A DNA stretch of 64,000 bases, taken from Neocallimastix sp. 'constans' (lineage: Eukaryota). Shown here piece by piece: positions 1 to 10,917 of this stretch. How positions within the stretch are numbered: position 1 is the stretch's first letter; each line of letters starts with the position of its first letter. Both the position numbers and the translations under genes were made by a program. The stretch covers positions 1 to 64,000 of the forward strand of contig JBODTK010000103.1 of the NCBI GenBank assembly GCA_050613775.1, in the 5' to 3' direction. Under the pieces are notes generated by a model. The model did no database searches. It was not told the origin of the DNA and was given only the letters and a program-made list of their open reading frames with translations.

Positions 1-222
1 ATTTATTATTAATATTGCTAATATAAGTTTTAAATATATAAAAATATTACTATTAATATAAGATTTAATATAAAAATATAAAGTTTAATATAATTTTTGA
101 TTTAATTTTTGATCTTTGGATTTAAAAATTTATTAAAGTACAAAAATAATAATGTACACATAATGTATTAGAAATAAATCGTAGATTTAATTAAGAATGC
201 ATTATTTAGTACATTCTTATCA
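1..222 (-). repeat. Partial LTR of Gypsy family B (5' part; continues beyond the window start), inserted in the 5' LTR of family A
   Basis: 1-222 is the reverse complement of the first 222 nt of the LTRs starting at 51307 and 58460 (TGATAAGAATGTACTAAATAATGC...). It ends exactly at the LTR terminus (..CTTATCA at 222). Confidence 0.95.
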
Positions 223-237
223 TCAGTTAGTAAAATT

Positions 238-314
238 AGAACTTTGGTTCAATGGTTAGTTATACTGACCATGACCAATACTTCATGGGTTCGACTCACA
301 CCTCAACCCATTTT
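238..314 (+). promoter_or_regulatory. Degenerate tRNA-like sequence with Pol III A and B boxes in U3 of LTR A (copy at ~7254-7330)
   Basis: A-box-like TGGTTCAATGG at 245-255, B-box-like GGTTCGACTC at 288-297 with tRNA-like spacing, then CCA-TTTT at 308-314. The acceptor stem does not pair. Confidence 0.65.
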
Positions 315-604
315 GCATTAATAATTATTTTATTAATTATTTTATTAATTATTAATAATATCTTCTTGAATATTCTTTCTGTATAAAATTATAGAAAGTT
401 AAAGATTCTTTCGGTTCGTAATTCAACCGAAATGAATTTAGAAATTCTTATTATATAAATTATTTTATTCTTTTTTGATAAGATTCATTTTCATCAATTA
501 AAATCTATATTCTAGAAACTTTACATTATTAATTATTACAAACATATTTTTAAATATTTCTTTAAAATTATTTTTACATGTTAAAACTGTTTTTCCGTTA
601 AAAG

Positions 605-613
605 TATAAATAG
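605..613 (+). promoter_or_regulatory. Putative TATA box of LTR A
   Basis: AAAGTATAAATAG; the same context occurs in LTR B (~52002-52014) and in the relic LTR (~28647-28659). Confidence 0.6.
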
Positions 614-854
614 TGCGAACTTCACGAATGAAAATATTTTTCTTCGTGCTTTTATTAATAATAATTAACGTATAAGTAATTCGAAATATTACCTTGTTGA
701 TTAATATTAATAATTATTTTAAATTTTATAATTAATAAAAAATATTTCTAATAAAACGAATTATTTATACAGATAGTGTAAACCTATTGAGTTTTCTTCT
801 TTTGTGTGTTTCTATACCCCGTCCCGCCGTTACAATAGAAGCACCTCCGTTACA

Positions 855-864
855 ATAAAAGCAC
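855..864 (+). promoter_or_regulatory. Primer binding site of family A, self-priming type
   Basis: ATAAAAGCAC directly follows the LTR with no TGG. It is the exact reverse complement of GTGCTTTTAT at 646-655, about 40 nt downstream of the TATA box. Confidence 0.7.
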
Positions 865-1327
865 CTGCTAATCCAAGCCCTCAATACCTTTGCGCTATCC
901 CGCAGACATTCTACCGCACTTTTAGGAATTCTACTTTCTTAATATCTTTTGGCAATCGTTGGGTTTCTACTTTTACTAATACCTACTCTTCCGGTTCTCT
1001 CTATCTTAATCTAATAATCTTTGAATAAATCTTTTTATCTACTATCTCTTTAATACCGGACTTCTATATCTTTTAATCTCGGATTCTATCTCCTCCCAGA
1101 CGAATAATTACTGCCTATTGATTCCTATTCAAATTATCACCTTGTCTGTTTTGAGTTACCCTCACTATTATATAATTCAATCCTTTGTATCTATTATATT
1201 ACCGGATAATCCTAATCCTATGGTTGTTGAAATTAATTTTTATAACAAAAATTCTTGTACTACCCGATCATATAATTCAAATTAAACTTGTACTACCCTA
1301 TTAAGATAAAACTTACATTACCTTAAC

Positions 1328-1372
<45 letters not shown>

Positions 1373-1624
1373 GATAATATTAAATTAATCTTGTATTACC
1401 TTAACCCTTCAAAATTAATTCTAATATTTACCCAACAAAATTAATTAATAATTAGATAAATAATATTAAATTAATTTAATAAGAAAAAAATTTTTAATTT
1501 TTAGATAAATATTTTAGATTAATTTAGTGAATAAATCAATTAGTTCTAGATAAATAAAAAAAAAAAAAAAATTTTTTTTCATTTAATTTATTACAAAAAT
1601 AATAAATTTTTTAAATTAGCTTAG

Positions 1625-1660
<36 letters not shown>

Positions 1661-1801
1661 ATAATAATAATAATATTAATAATTGTAATAATAATTTTTT
1701 ATTTTTAATTATTTTAATAAATTACTTGCTTGAAATAATAGCAAGAAAAACCTGTTCAATTTTATTTTTTTTTATTTATTTATTTAAAAAGGCGTTTATA
1801 C

Positions 1802-2058
1802 GAGCGAATAGAGCTCATATACAGAGTTAGAAGAATTATCTTCTTTAGTGTTGCACTCGACGAATAGATTTGGTTCTAGACTAGGTAAAACTCTATAAGA
1901 GAGCACCGTAGCCTATTATAAAGGAAAACGGTTCTAGGTTTGCAACAACTCTGGCGAATAAGGAGCTTACGTCACCGAAGGCGTAAGATTAAAATTATAT
2001 AGTATTTTAAAATTTTATTTCGTGCTTACTCGCGGCACTAGTTATAATAGTACTGACG
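1802..2058 (+). ncRNA. Conserved structured cis-RNA in the family A leader (homolog at 52361-52665)
   Basis: 40-nt block 1951-1990 is identical to 52552-52591, and at least five helices show compensatory changes between the two copies. Confidence 0.8.
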
Positions 2059-2709
2059 GTTTTTTCTATAGTTGTGAGTCAATAGTACTATTCTATTTTA
2101 TCAATTAATAATTTTATAATTAATATTATAATTTTATAATTAAGAAAACAAAGATTAAAATATAAATATAAGGTTTATACGACTTCCAAAGCGACAGAAG
2201 TTGGTCTCTGTTTTCGTAACATTTTAGTGTTCAGATACTATTGATATAGGGGAAAATAATTTGTTTTATTCTTTTCAGCTAACAATAAGTTAGACATAAT
2301 AAAGAATCTAACAATATTACTTCCTTTTGTCTATAAGACATTAACAATCGATTTTATCTGCGTTATCACTAAAAGGCTAAAGGAACTTATCGTATAAAAC
2401 TTTGATAGATTATATATTTAGTTGGTCCAATACTATATAATCTAGTTTATATTTCAGTAATTTTTGATAAATAATTATAAAATAGAAATATTTAATTATA
2501 AAATATTATAAAGTGTTATTAAAATTTTGTGTTCTTATCCATTAACCTTGGAAACCTACCAATAAACAACTTTTGAACTTTTGGAATCGCTACTACCTAT
2601 CTAACTTTTGGATTATTGGAATCTCTACTACCACTTTGGGAACTTCTGGATTCTACCGCCTATTCTTTACCTTTGAAAACTTATTCTACTTTACCTTATT
2701 TATTTTAAT

Positions 2710-5700
2710 ATGGACAACTATTATCAAGAAAATCCTACTTTTAAGGACGGTTTTGCTGGTGATCGTCGATTCTTTAAAGGATTTCTAGCTAAAATGGAAC
2801 TTATTTTTATGATTCAACCAGAAAGATTTGCAAACGATGAAGCTAAAGTAATCTATATCATTTCTCGTTTGTATGGAAACGCCATGAATTGGGCTGCTAC
2901 TCTCATTGAAAATCAAGATCCTTGTCTCCTTAATTATAATCAATTCATTGCAAGACTAAAATCAGTATTTGGAAGTTATGATTCTACCTTTATTGCCAAC
3001 CAGAAATTAAGAACAATCAAACAAAAACGAATTGGTGAAGTCAGAAATTATATTTTAGAATTTAATAAATACGCCGATGAATCTTCTTGGAATGAAGAAG
3101 CCAAGATGGACGCCTTTCTTGCCGGTCTACATGACCATATTGCTACTAGAATTTTAGAAATGTTTCCTGGACCTCAAACCCTCTTTGCTATGCAAACAAT
3201 TGCATCGAGAATCGATAATCGTATTTCTACTCACAGACAATTCTCCAATCTTCAAGGTCAAAATTCAAATAATAGTACTAATAATAAAAATAAAAAAGGC
3301 AAAAAATCATTCTTTTTCCAAAAGCAATTTAAATCCAAACCTCATGGACCTCTATCTCAAGAAGAAAAAGAAAGAAGAAGAAGAGAAAATCTTTGTTTGT
3401 ATTGTGGATCCTCTGAACATTCTCTCGACAATTGTCCACTTAAAAATAAATATAAAAATAAAAATAAACCTTCATCAAGTAGCACTTATGTTTCTAATCC
3501 CGAATCAAAACCTATTTCTAGACCTAGAGTTTCTAACTCAAATCTTCCTATTTACGAATTTTCTTTGAGTATTGATAATACAAATTCTACTGCTAAAATT
3601 CTTCTCGATACTGGTTCTCAAATCAATTTAATGGATATCTACTATATTAAAGAAAATAATATCCCGTATTCAACTAAAACTAATTTCCCTAAGGTATCTG
3701 GCATCGGTGGAAAGCAAACTATTCTTGGTAAAACTCTTCCTATTTCCATCACTTATAAAAATCACAAATGTAAAACTCAATTCTATGTGGTTGACCTTCC
3801 TTCTTATTGTGCTATTTTAGGTTTCGAATGGATTTCTACTCACAATCTCGACATTGACTTCAAAAATAAAGTTTTAAGATTCAATTCCAATCATTGTATT
3901 GAAAATTGTTTAATCATTCCTAATTCCTTTACTACCCATATTTCTGAAAATGAAACCTTAACCACTGAAGACGAAAAACTTAAAGATACTGATATTCAAG
4001 AATTATTACCAACACAGCTTATTCCATTCAAGGATGTTTTTAACGAAAAATCCGCTAATGAATTACCTCCTCATCGTCCTTATGATTGCGAGATTAAACT
4101 TAAGCAAAATGCAAAACTTCATTATGGCCCAATTTATCCCCTAACTGAAAAAGAATCTCTAGTCTTAAAGAAATATATTAAAGAAAATGAAAACAAAAAA
4201 TTTATTAGAAAATCTAAATCTCCAGCTGCTGCTTCTGTTTTCTTTGTTCCTAAGAAAGACGTGAATGATCTTAGGCTAGTTGTAGACTATCGACCTTTAA
4301 ACGAAGTCACCATCCGTGATTCATACCCTCTTCCACTAATTAATGATATGTTAGAAAATCTTAGTAATGGTAAAGTCTTCTCAAAATTAGATCTACGTTC
4401 AGCATATAATTTGATAAGGATCAAAGAAGGTGACGAATATAAAACAGCATTCACATGCAAATATGGTCACTATGAGTATCTAGTCATGCCTTTTGGACTA
4501 AAAAATGCTCCAGCGGTTTTTCAACATTTCATTAATGACATATTTGAAGACATTATTGGTTCTTTCGTTTATTGCTATATTGATGATATAATTATCTTTT
4601 CTCCTGACATGGATACTCACTTTCAACATCTTATTGAAGTTTTAAAAAGACTAAGAAAAGCTGGTTTATATGCAAAATTGGAAAAATGTGAATTTTGCGT
4701 ACCATTCCTGGACTTCCTTGGTCACAGAATTTCTTCAGATGGAATATTTATGGACCCTAAAAAAGTTTCTTCCATTTTAGAATGGCCTATTCCTAAAAAT
4801 ATAAAAGAATTACAATCATTTCTCGGACTAGCGAATTATTATCGACGATTTATTCCTAGCTTTGCATCTATTGCTCATCCTCTTCATTGCTTACTAAAGA
4901 AAAACTCTAAATTTAATTGGTCTACTGAAACTCAAATCGCATTCGATAACATCAAATCAAAATTTTCTTCTGCTCCTATTCTTGTCTATCCTAATCGCGA
5001 ACTTCCTTTCATGGTTGAAACTGACAGTAGTAATTTCGCCATAGGTGCAATCTTATCCCAAACTACTCCTAAAGATAATAAAATTCATCCAGTTGCTTTC
5101 TTCTCTAGATCCCTTAATTCTGCTGAAAGAAACTATCCCATATATGATAAAGAACTTTTAGCTATAGTCGATGCACTTGAACACTGGAGACACCTTCTTA
5201 AAGGAACCGACACGCCTTTCACCGTTTTTTCAGATCATCGCAACCTACTTTATCAAAAGAAACCAGAAAAGATGACTCAACGTTTGGTTCGTTGGGCTTT
5301 ATTTCTTTCTGAATTTAACTTCAAAATTGTTTACCGCTCCGGATCAAATAATGGTAAACCTGACGCTTTATCCAGAAGACCAGATTATGCTTCTAATAAT
5401 GATGACCCATCATCTGATATTCCATTCACAGTTCTTCGTCCCGAAAACTTTTGTGCTGTCGCAACTCTTGTTTCTTCTCTTAATGATCAAATTCTTCAAG
5501 AATACAAAAATGATGAATTCTACTCTGACACATACAATCAACTTAATTCAGAATACCAAGAAATACCCTCTAAACTTAATGATTTCTCAATTAGCAACAG
5601 CTTTCTTTTATTCAAAAATAAAATTTATGTTCCTCCAAATTGTAGATCTTCTATTCTTAATATTTGTCATGATTCCCCTTCTGCTGGACACTTTGGTATA

Positions 5701-6897
5701 AAGAAAACTATTAATCTAATTAATCGTGATTTCTGGTGGCCTTCCTTGCAATCTGATGTTAAAGACTATATCCGTTCTTGTGATGTCTGTTCCCGCTCTA
5801 AAGACTCTAGACATAAGCCTTACGGTTTTCTTAATCCTCTGGACATTCCTTGTAAACCCTGGATTTCTATTTCAATGGATTTTATTACTGATCTTCCCGT
5901 TTCTAATGGTTACACTTGTATCTTTGTTGTCACAGACAGATTTACTAAAATGAGTCATTTTATTCCGTTCCCTAAAGTACCCTCTGCTGCTGATACGGCT
6001 TCGGCTTTTATGAACAATATTTTTCGTATTCATGGACTTCCTTCCGAAATCATTTCTGATAGAGGTTCTCAATTCACTTCAAAATTTTGGTCAGCTATTT
6101 GTAAATCTTTCAATATCACAACGAAACTTGCTTCTCCCTTCCATCACCAAACCAATGGTTTAACGGAGAGGGTGAACTCCGTTATTGAACAATACTTAAG
6201 ATGTTATTCAAACTTTAAAGGTTCTGATTGGTATAATTTTTTATTCCTAGCAGAATTCAGTTATAATAATTCAATTCAAGAATCAATTAAGCACTCACCT
6301 TTTTATGCAAACTATGGATATAATCCAAGATATTCACCATCAATTCCAAACAGTACAGATGTTCCTAGAGCTGATGAATTTACAAAAGACCTTTCAGAAT
6401 TATTCAAAACACTTAATGGAAATTTACAACAAGCAAGAAAAAAGCAAGAAGAATTCGCAAACAAACATCGTATTGAAGCTCCAAATTTTAAACCTGGTGA
6501 TAAAGTGTGGATTAATAGTTCACTTATAATCCATAATGGAAATAAAAAACTTAAACCTAGAAAACTTGGTCCATATAAAATCATTAAGAAAATTTCTCCC
6601 GTTTCATATAAGTTAGACTTACCAAAAGAAATCAGAATCCATCCTGTAATACATGTTTCTGAACTTGAACCATTTTATGAAGATCACTTTGGACGAAAGA
6701 AAGAACCACCACCACCGATAATTATTGACAATGAAGAAGAATACGAAGTTGAAAAAATTCTTGATAAAAGGAAACATTATGGCAAAACCCAATATCTTAT
6801 TAAATGGAAAGGTTATCCTTTATCTGAAGCATCTTGGGAACCCGAAGAAAATTTAAATTGCTCTAAACTCTTAAAAGAATTTAACAAAAATAACTAA
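2710..6897 (+). CDS. Gag-Pol polyprotein (Gag, CCHC knuckle, protease, RT, RNase H, integrase, chromodomain)
   Basis: 1395 aa. [30 protein letters not shown]-x6-H...CDVC; DFITDLP/SDRGSQF/ERVN; GPY; C-terminal YEVEKIL...YLIKWKGY...SWEPEENL. Confidence 0.98.
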   Translation: MDNYYQENPTFKDGFAGDRRFFKGFLAKMELIFMIQPERFANDEAKVIYIISRLYGNAMNWAATLIENQDPCLLNYNQFIARLKSVFGSYDSTFIANQKLRTIKQKRIGEVRNYILEFNKYADESSWNEEAKMDAFLAGLHDHIATRILEMFPGPQTLFAMQTIASRIDNRISTHRQFSNLQGQNSNNSTNNKNKKGKKSFFFQKQFKSKPHGPLSQEEKERRRRENLCLYCGSSEHSLDNCPLKNKYKNKNKPSSSSTYVSNPESKPISRPRVSNSNLPIYEFSLSIDNTNSTAKILLDTGSQINLMDIYYIKENNIPYSTKTNFPKVSGIGGKQTILGKTLPISITYKNHKCKTQFYVVDLPSYCAILGFEWISTHNLDIDFKNKVLRFNSNHCIENCLIIPNSFTTHISENETLTTEDEKLKDTDIQELLPTQLIPFKDVFNEKSANELPPHRPYDCEIKLKQNAKLHYGPIYPLTEKESLVLKKYIKENENKKFIRKSKSPAAASVFFVPKKDVNDLRLVVDYRPLNEVTIRDSYPLPLINDMLENLSNGKVFSKLDLRSAYNLIRIKEGDEYKTAFTCKYGHYEYLVMPFGLKNAPAVFQHFINDIFEDIIGSFVYCYIDDIIIFSPDMDTHFQHLIEVLKRLRKAGLYAKLEKCEFCVPFLDFLGHRISSDGIFMDPKKVSSILEWPIPKNIKELQSFLGLANYYRRFIPSFASIAHPLHCLLKKNSKFNWSTETQIAFDNIKSKFSSAPILVYPNRELPFMVETDSSNFAIGAILSQTTPKDNKIHPVAFFSRSLNSAERNYPIYDKELLAIVDALEHWRHLLKGTDTPFTVFSDHRNLLYQKKPEKMTQRLVRWALFLSEFNFKIVYRSGSNNGKPDALSRRPDYASNNDDPSSDIPFTVLRPENFCAVATLVSSLNDQILQEYKNDEFYSDTYNQLNSEYQEIPSKLNDFSISNSFLLFKNKIYVPPNCRSSILNICHDSPSAGHFGIKKTINLINRDFWWPSLQSDVKDYIRSCDVCSRSKDSRHKPYGFLNPLDIPCKPWISISMDFITDLPVSNGYTCIFVVTDRFTKMSHFIPFPKVPSAADTASAFMNNIFRIHGLPSEIISDRGSQFTSKFWSAICKSFNITTKLASPFHHQTNGLTERVNSVIEQYLRCYSNFKGSDWYNFLFLAEFSYNNSIQESIKHSPFYANYGYNPRYSPSIPNSTDVPRADEFTKDLSELFKTLNGNLQQARKKQEEFANKHRIEAPNFKPGDKVWINSSLIIHNGNKKLKPRKLGPYKIIKKISPVSYKLDLPKEIRIHPVIHVSELEPFYEDHFGRKKEPPPPIIIDNEEEYEVEKILDKRKHYGKTQYLIKWKGYPLSEASWEPEENLNCSKLLKEFNKNN

Positions 6898-7225
6898 AAT
6901 TAAAACTTGAAAATGAATCTTTACTTTATTAATATCAAACTTATATTAATTTATTAATATCAATATTACTAAATATTATTTTATATTATTAAATATTATT
7001 AATATTCATGTATTCTTATTATATATTATATTCATGTAACTTTATTAATATCATGTAATTTTATTCAAAAAAGTTCGTACTATAAAATGGTTAATTAATT
7101 ATTTTTATTTTATTATATTTTATTTTATTTTAATTTAGTTTAGTTTAGTTTAGTTTGCTTAATTTTAGTATAAGTTATGCCTAACTGTTAGATTCGTCTG
7201 GTATCCGAATCCTGGAGGCGGACCA

Positions 7226-7870
7226 TGTAACGAAATCTTCAGTTAGTAAAATTAGAACTTTGGTTCAATGGTTAGTTATACTGACCATGACCAATACTTC
7301 ATGGGTTCGACTCACACCTCAACCCATTTTGCATTAATAATTATTTTATTAATTATTTTATTAATTATTAATAATATCTTCTTGAATATTCTTTCTGTAT
7401 AAAATTATAGAAAGTTAAAGATTCTTTCGGTTCGTAATTCAACCGAAATGAATTTAGAAATTCTTATTATATAAATTATTTTATTCTTTTTTGATAAGAT
7501 TCATTTTCATCAATTAAAATCTATATTCTAGAAACTTTACATTATTAATTATTACAAACATATTTTTAAATATTTCTTTAAAATTATTTTTACATGTTAA
7601 AACTGTTTTTCCGTTAAAAGTATAAATAGTGCGAACTTCACGAATGAAAATATTTTTCTTCGTGCTTTTATTAATAATAATTAACGTATAAGTAATTCGA
7701 AATATTACCTTGTTGATTAATATTAATAATTATTTTAAATTTTATAATTAATAAAAAATATTTCTAATAAAACGAATTATTTATACAGATAGTGTAAACC
7801 TATTGAGTTTTCTTCTTTTGTGTGTTTCTATACCCCATCCCGCCGTTACAATAGAAGCACCTCCGTTACA
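7226..7870 (+). repeat. 3' LTR of family A (645 bp)
   Basis: TGTAACG...CGTTACA, direct repeat of the 5' LTR, preceded by a PPT-like tract at 7214-7225. Confidence 0.95.
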
Positions 7871-8617
7871 ACTACAAAAATTTTTATGATTCAAAACATT
7901 ATAAAATAATTGGTTAAAAATAATTGTTTTATTTTGTTAAAAATCTAACACTCCCCCCTCAAAATAAAATAATAATAAATTAAGGAGAGATAGTTTTCCT
8001 TATCCAGTCCTAACATATTATAACATCCAAATTTGTTCAGTTTTAACTTCAGTTTGCTAGAAAAAGTCCCAATAAAACATGTTAATCGCCTATTCGTGCA
8101 CCATAAATACTAAAATAAATAACATCCATAATCCAATAATTTCTATGCGAGACGAACCGATTCTTCCATGCCTTTTTCTTAATCAGATTAGTTATTCCTT
8201 AAAACAAAATCCTTCCAGTCACAGTAGTTATTTCCCGAAAAGTAGTGACGACCATTTTTACTAGTATTAAATGATGAGTCATCTGAGACTCTTAATCTTT
8301 TAGATAAGCTCGACTATTAACACTCAATAATGTACAAAAATTTTTAATATAAACCTTATTTATTATAAAATTTATTATTTATTAAAATAATAAAATAATT
8401 TGTAATAAAATGAAAAAATTTTTCTTTTTTGTTTACTTTTATTTATTAAAACACCTTTTGTAAATATAACTTCTTCTCGTTATATTTAAAATAAAATTCC
8501 TTTTAAACTTCTTTTTAAAAAAATCTTTCTCTTCACTCAAATAAAAAATATTAATTTTATCGTATTTATATAAAATTTTTTTTTTTTTTTTTTTTAATTA
8601 TTACTAAATGAGTATTA

Positions 8618-8675
<58 letters not shown>

Positions 8676-8893
8676 TTATAACACCTTCTGTTTGTTTTCT
8701 TTTATTGGAAAAGGGCTTTTTAATAATTTAATATTATATTTTAAAGGCTAAATTAATTTAACTAATAACTATCTAATTAAAATAAAATAATATAAAATAA
8801 GATTCGGAAATATGTAATAGAAATTTTTATATTTCGTACGAAAAAATGAATTTTGTATTTTGATGAAAGGAATTTTAGTTTGAAAATCTAACA
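7871..8893 (-). mobile_element. Short non-coding copia-type LTR element (TRIM-like or internally deleted); its 3' LTR is interrupted by element A
   Basis: On the minus strand: LTR starts TGTTAGATTTT at 8893; PBS GATTAAGAGTCTCA at 8297-8284; ~350 nt interior; PPT GAGGGGGGAG at 7960-7951 followed by TGTTAGATTTT at 7950. The two LTRs are only weakly similar beyond their termini. Confidence 0.6.
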
Positions 8894-9200
8894 TTGCATT
8901 TCCCCAAATTGCGTTTCGACAGGTTGCATTTCGCCAAGTGGCGTAGTATTAAAATGTTGCTTTTCCCCAAGTTGCTTTTCGCCAGGTTGCATTTCGACAA
9001 GTAGAGTATTGATATAAATAAATGAATAAATAAATAAATATTAATTCAAAATATATTTTTTTTAAAATAGTTTTTATGCGATATTAATAATATTTAATTT
9101 TATTTATTAATTTATTTATTTATTTAATTATTTTCAATTTGGTGAAATGCCACATTTTTTTAATACGCCACATGCTTTCAAAAAAATTGGCGAAATACCC
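8894..9200. mobile_element. MITE-like element with 15-bp subterminal repeats (Mutator-like family), left end clipped by the copia-type LTR
   Basis: Near-identical to 22273-22590 (TTGCATTTCGCCAAGTGGCGTAGTATTAAAATGTTGC...). Confidence 0.8.
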
Positions 9201-10000
9201 TTTTAATATTTATTAATTTTCTTTTATTAATAAATTAATTTTAACATTTATAATTGATATCATTATATTCTAACCCTCTAAATAATGAAAATTAAATTAA
9301 AAAAAAAACATATTATTTTAGTCATATTAATATATATACATATAGTATTTTATATTTGAACTAATAATAAAATATACAATACCATATATTACAATATTAA
9401 TTGTTAATATATATAATTGTCACATTACTATAAGTTTAAATTTTAAATTTTTTTAAAAAATATATACTATTATTATATTTAAATAATCTTTATTGTTAAA
9501 TAAAAATTTTAATATTCAATTTTTATGATTGTTTTGGTTTCTAATTGGTGAAGATAAATAAGAAAAAAAATTAAAGATAGGATATATAACATTAGTAAAA
9601 GAATTATTGATAATAATGTAAAATAAAAAATCAAAGTCTTTTTTTTTTCACATTCCCTTTTTTCATTTTTAATCTTAATCATATATATAAAAAACTATTT
9701 ACTTATTAATATTATTTATTTTAATAAAAACTAATTTAATGGTAAATAATTTAATACTCTTTTTATTCTATAGTTTCAACTCATTATCAATTCATAATCT
9801 AAAAAATTGAATGAGAAATTGAAGATAAAAAGCATTTGGCTACATCAATTTTTACATATTATTGGATAACTGAAAAAAAAAAGTTTTGTTAAAAAAATGA
9901 ATATTAATATATATATATAGATAAGATAGATAAAAATGAATAATTTTATTATAATTTTTACTATAATTAATATAACTAATTGAATTATATATCATTTCTA

Positions 10001-10205
<205 letters not shown>

Positions 10206-10557
10206 TCTTTTAATTTTTTTATTTAATTAAATAATATCAAAGGTTGAGTAATAATTATTACATAAAGAAAATAAGTTCATTATTAATAGAAATTCAGATA
10301 AAAAAATTTTTATTCCGCTCATTAATCCTAATAATTATACTTTATTTTAAAAAGAAAGTATTCTTTACATAAATATATTAAAATATATTTTTTTTGAAAA
10401 AATTAAATATATAAATGTATATATTTATTAAGAATATATTGTAATCTAAATTTGTATTATATGTACATGATGAATATGTATTCATTATTTTATTATAATG
10501 GCAATCTTCTTTAAAAATCTATTCCTAAATTTGTACAATTAAAAAAAAAAATAAATA

Positions 10558-10589
<32 letters not shown>

Positions 10590-10917
10590 ATAACATATTG
10601 CTTTTTGTTTTTTTTCATTACTTCTTTCTCGTTATAATCCTTATTTTCTATGTAATATTAAATATTCATAACAATATTACTTATATTGGTAATATTAATA
10701 ACAATGTAATTACTATTTTTTTTTAAAAGTTTGAATTAAATTTAAAATATTTTAAATATCATAAATATTAAAGATTTTAAGCTTCTTTAACTTTTTTTTT
10801 TTTAAAGCAAAATGACAAAATGATAGCATGCATAGAAATATATGCACTATAAAAATTGATTAAAGGAAAAAACATATATATATTAAGATATTTAATTATA
10901 TAAAATAAAATAATAAT

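Larger units (their letters stand above)
223..854 (+). repeat. 5' LTR of family A, missing its first 13 nt because of the family B insertion
   Basis: Matches 7239-7870; I noticed one substitution (CCCCGTCC vs CCCCATCC). Length 632 = 645 - 13. Confidence 0.95.
223..7870 (+). mobile_element. Ty3/Gypsy chromovirus-type LTR retrotransposon (family A, Tf1/sushi-like), near-intact and young
   Basis: Near-identical direct repeats at 223-854 and 7226-7870, TGTAACG...CGTTACA termini, a single gag-pol ORF with chromodomain, and purine-rich GGAGGCGGACCA just before the 3' LTR. Confidence 0.97.

Noticed and set aside
238..314. Functional tRNA gene
   Set aside because: Acceptor and T stems do not pair; kept only as tRNA-like promoter boxes.
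1940..1970. HDV-like ribozyme suggested by GGCGAAT after a long stem
   Set aside because: No room for P3/L3/P1 between the candidate P2 strand and P4. Hammerhead CUGANGA and group I/II core motifs were also not found.
3185..6584. Short overlapping ORFs inside gag-pol (likewise inside the Sec2-like gene and family B)
   Set aside because: Alternative-frame shadows of codon-biased long ORFs with no recognisable motifs.
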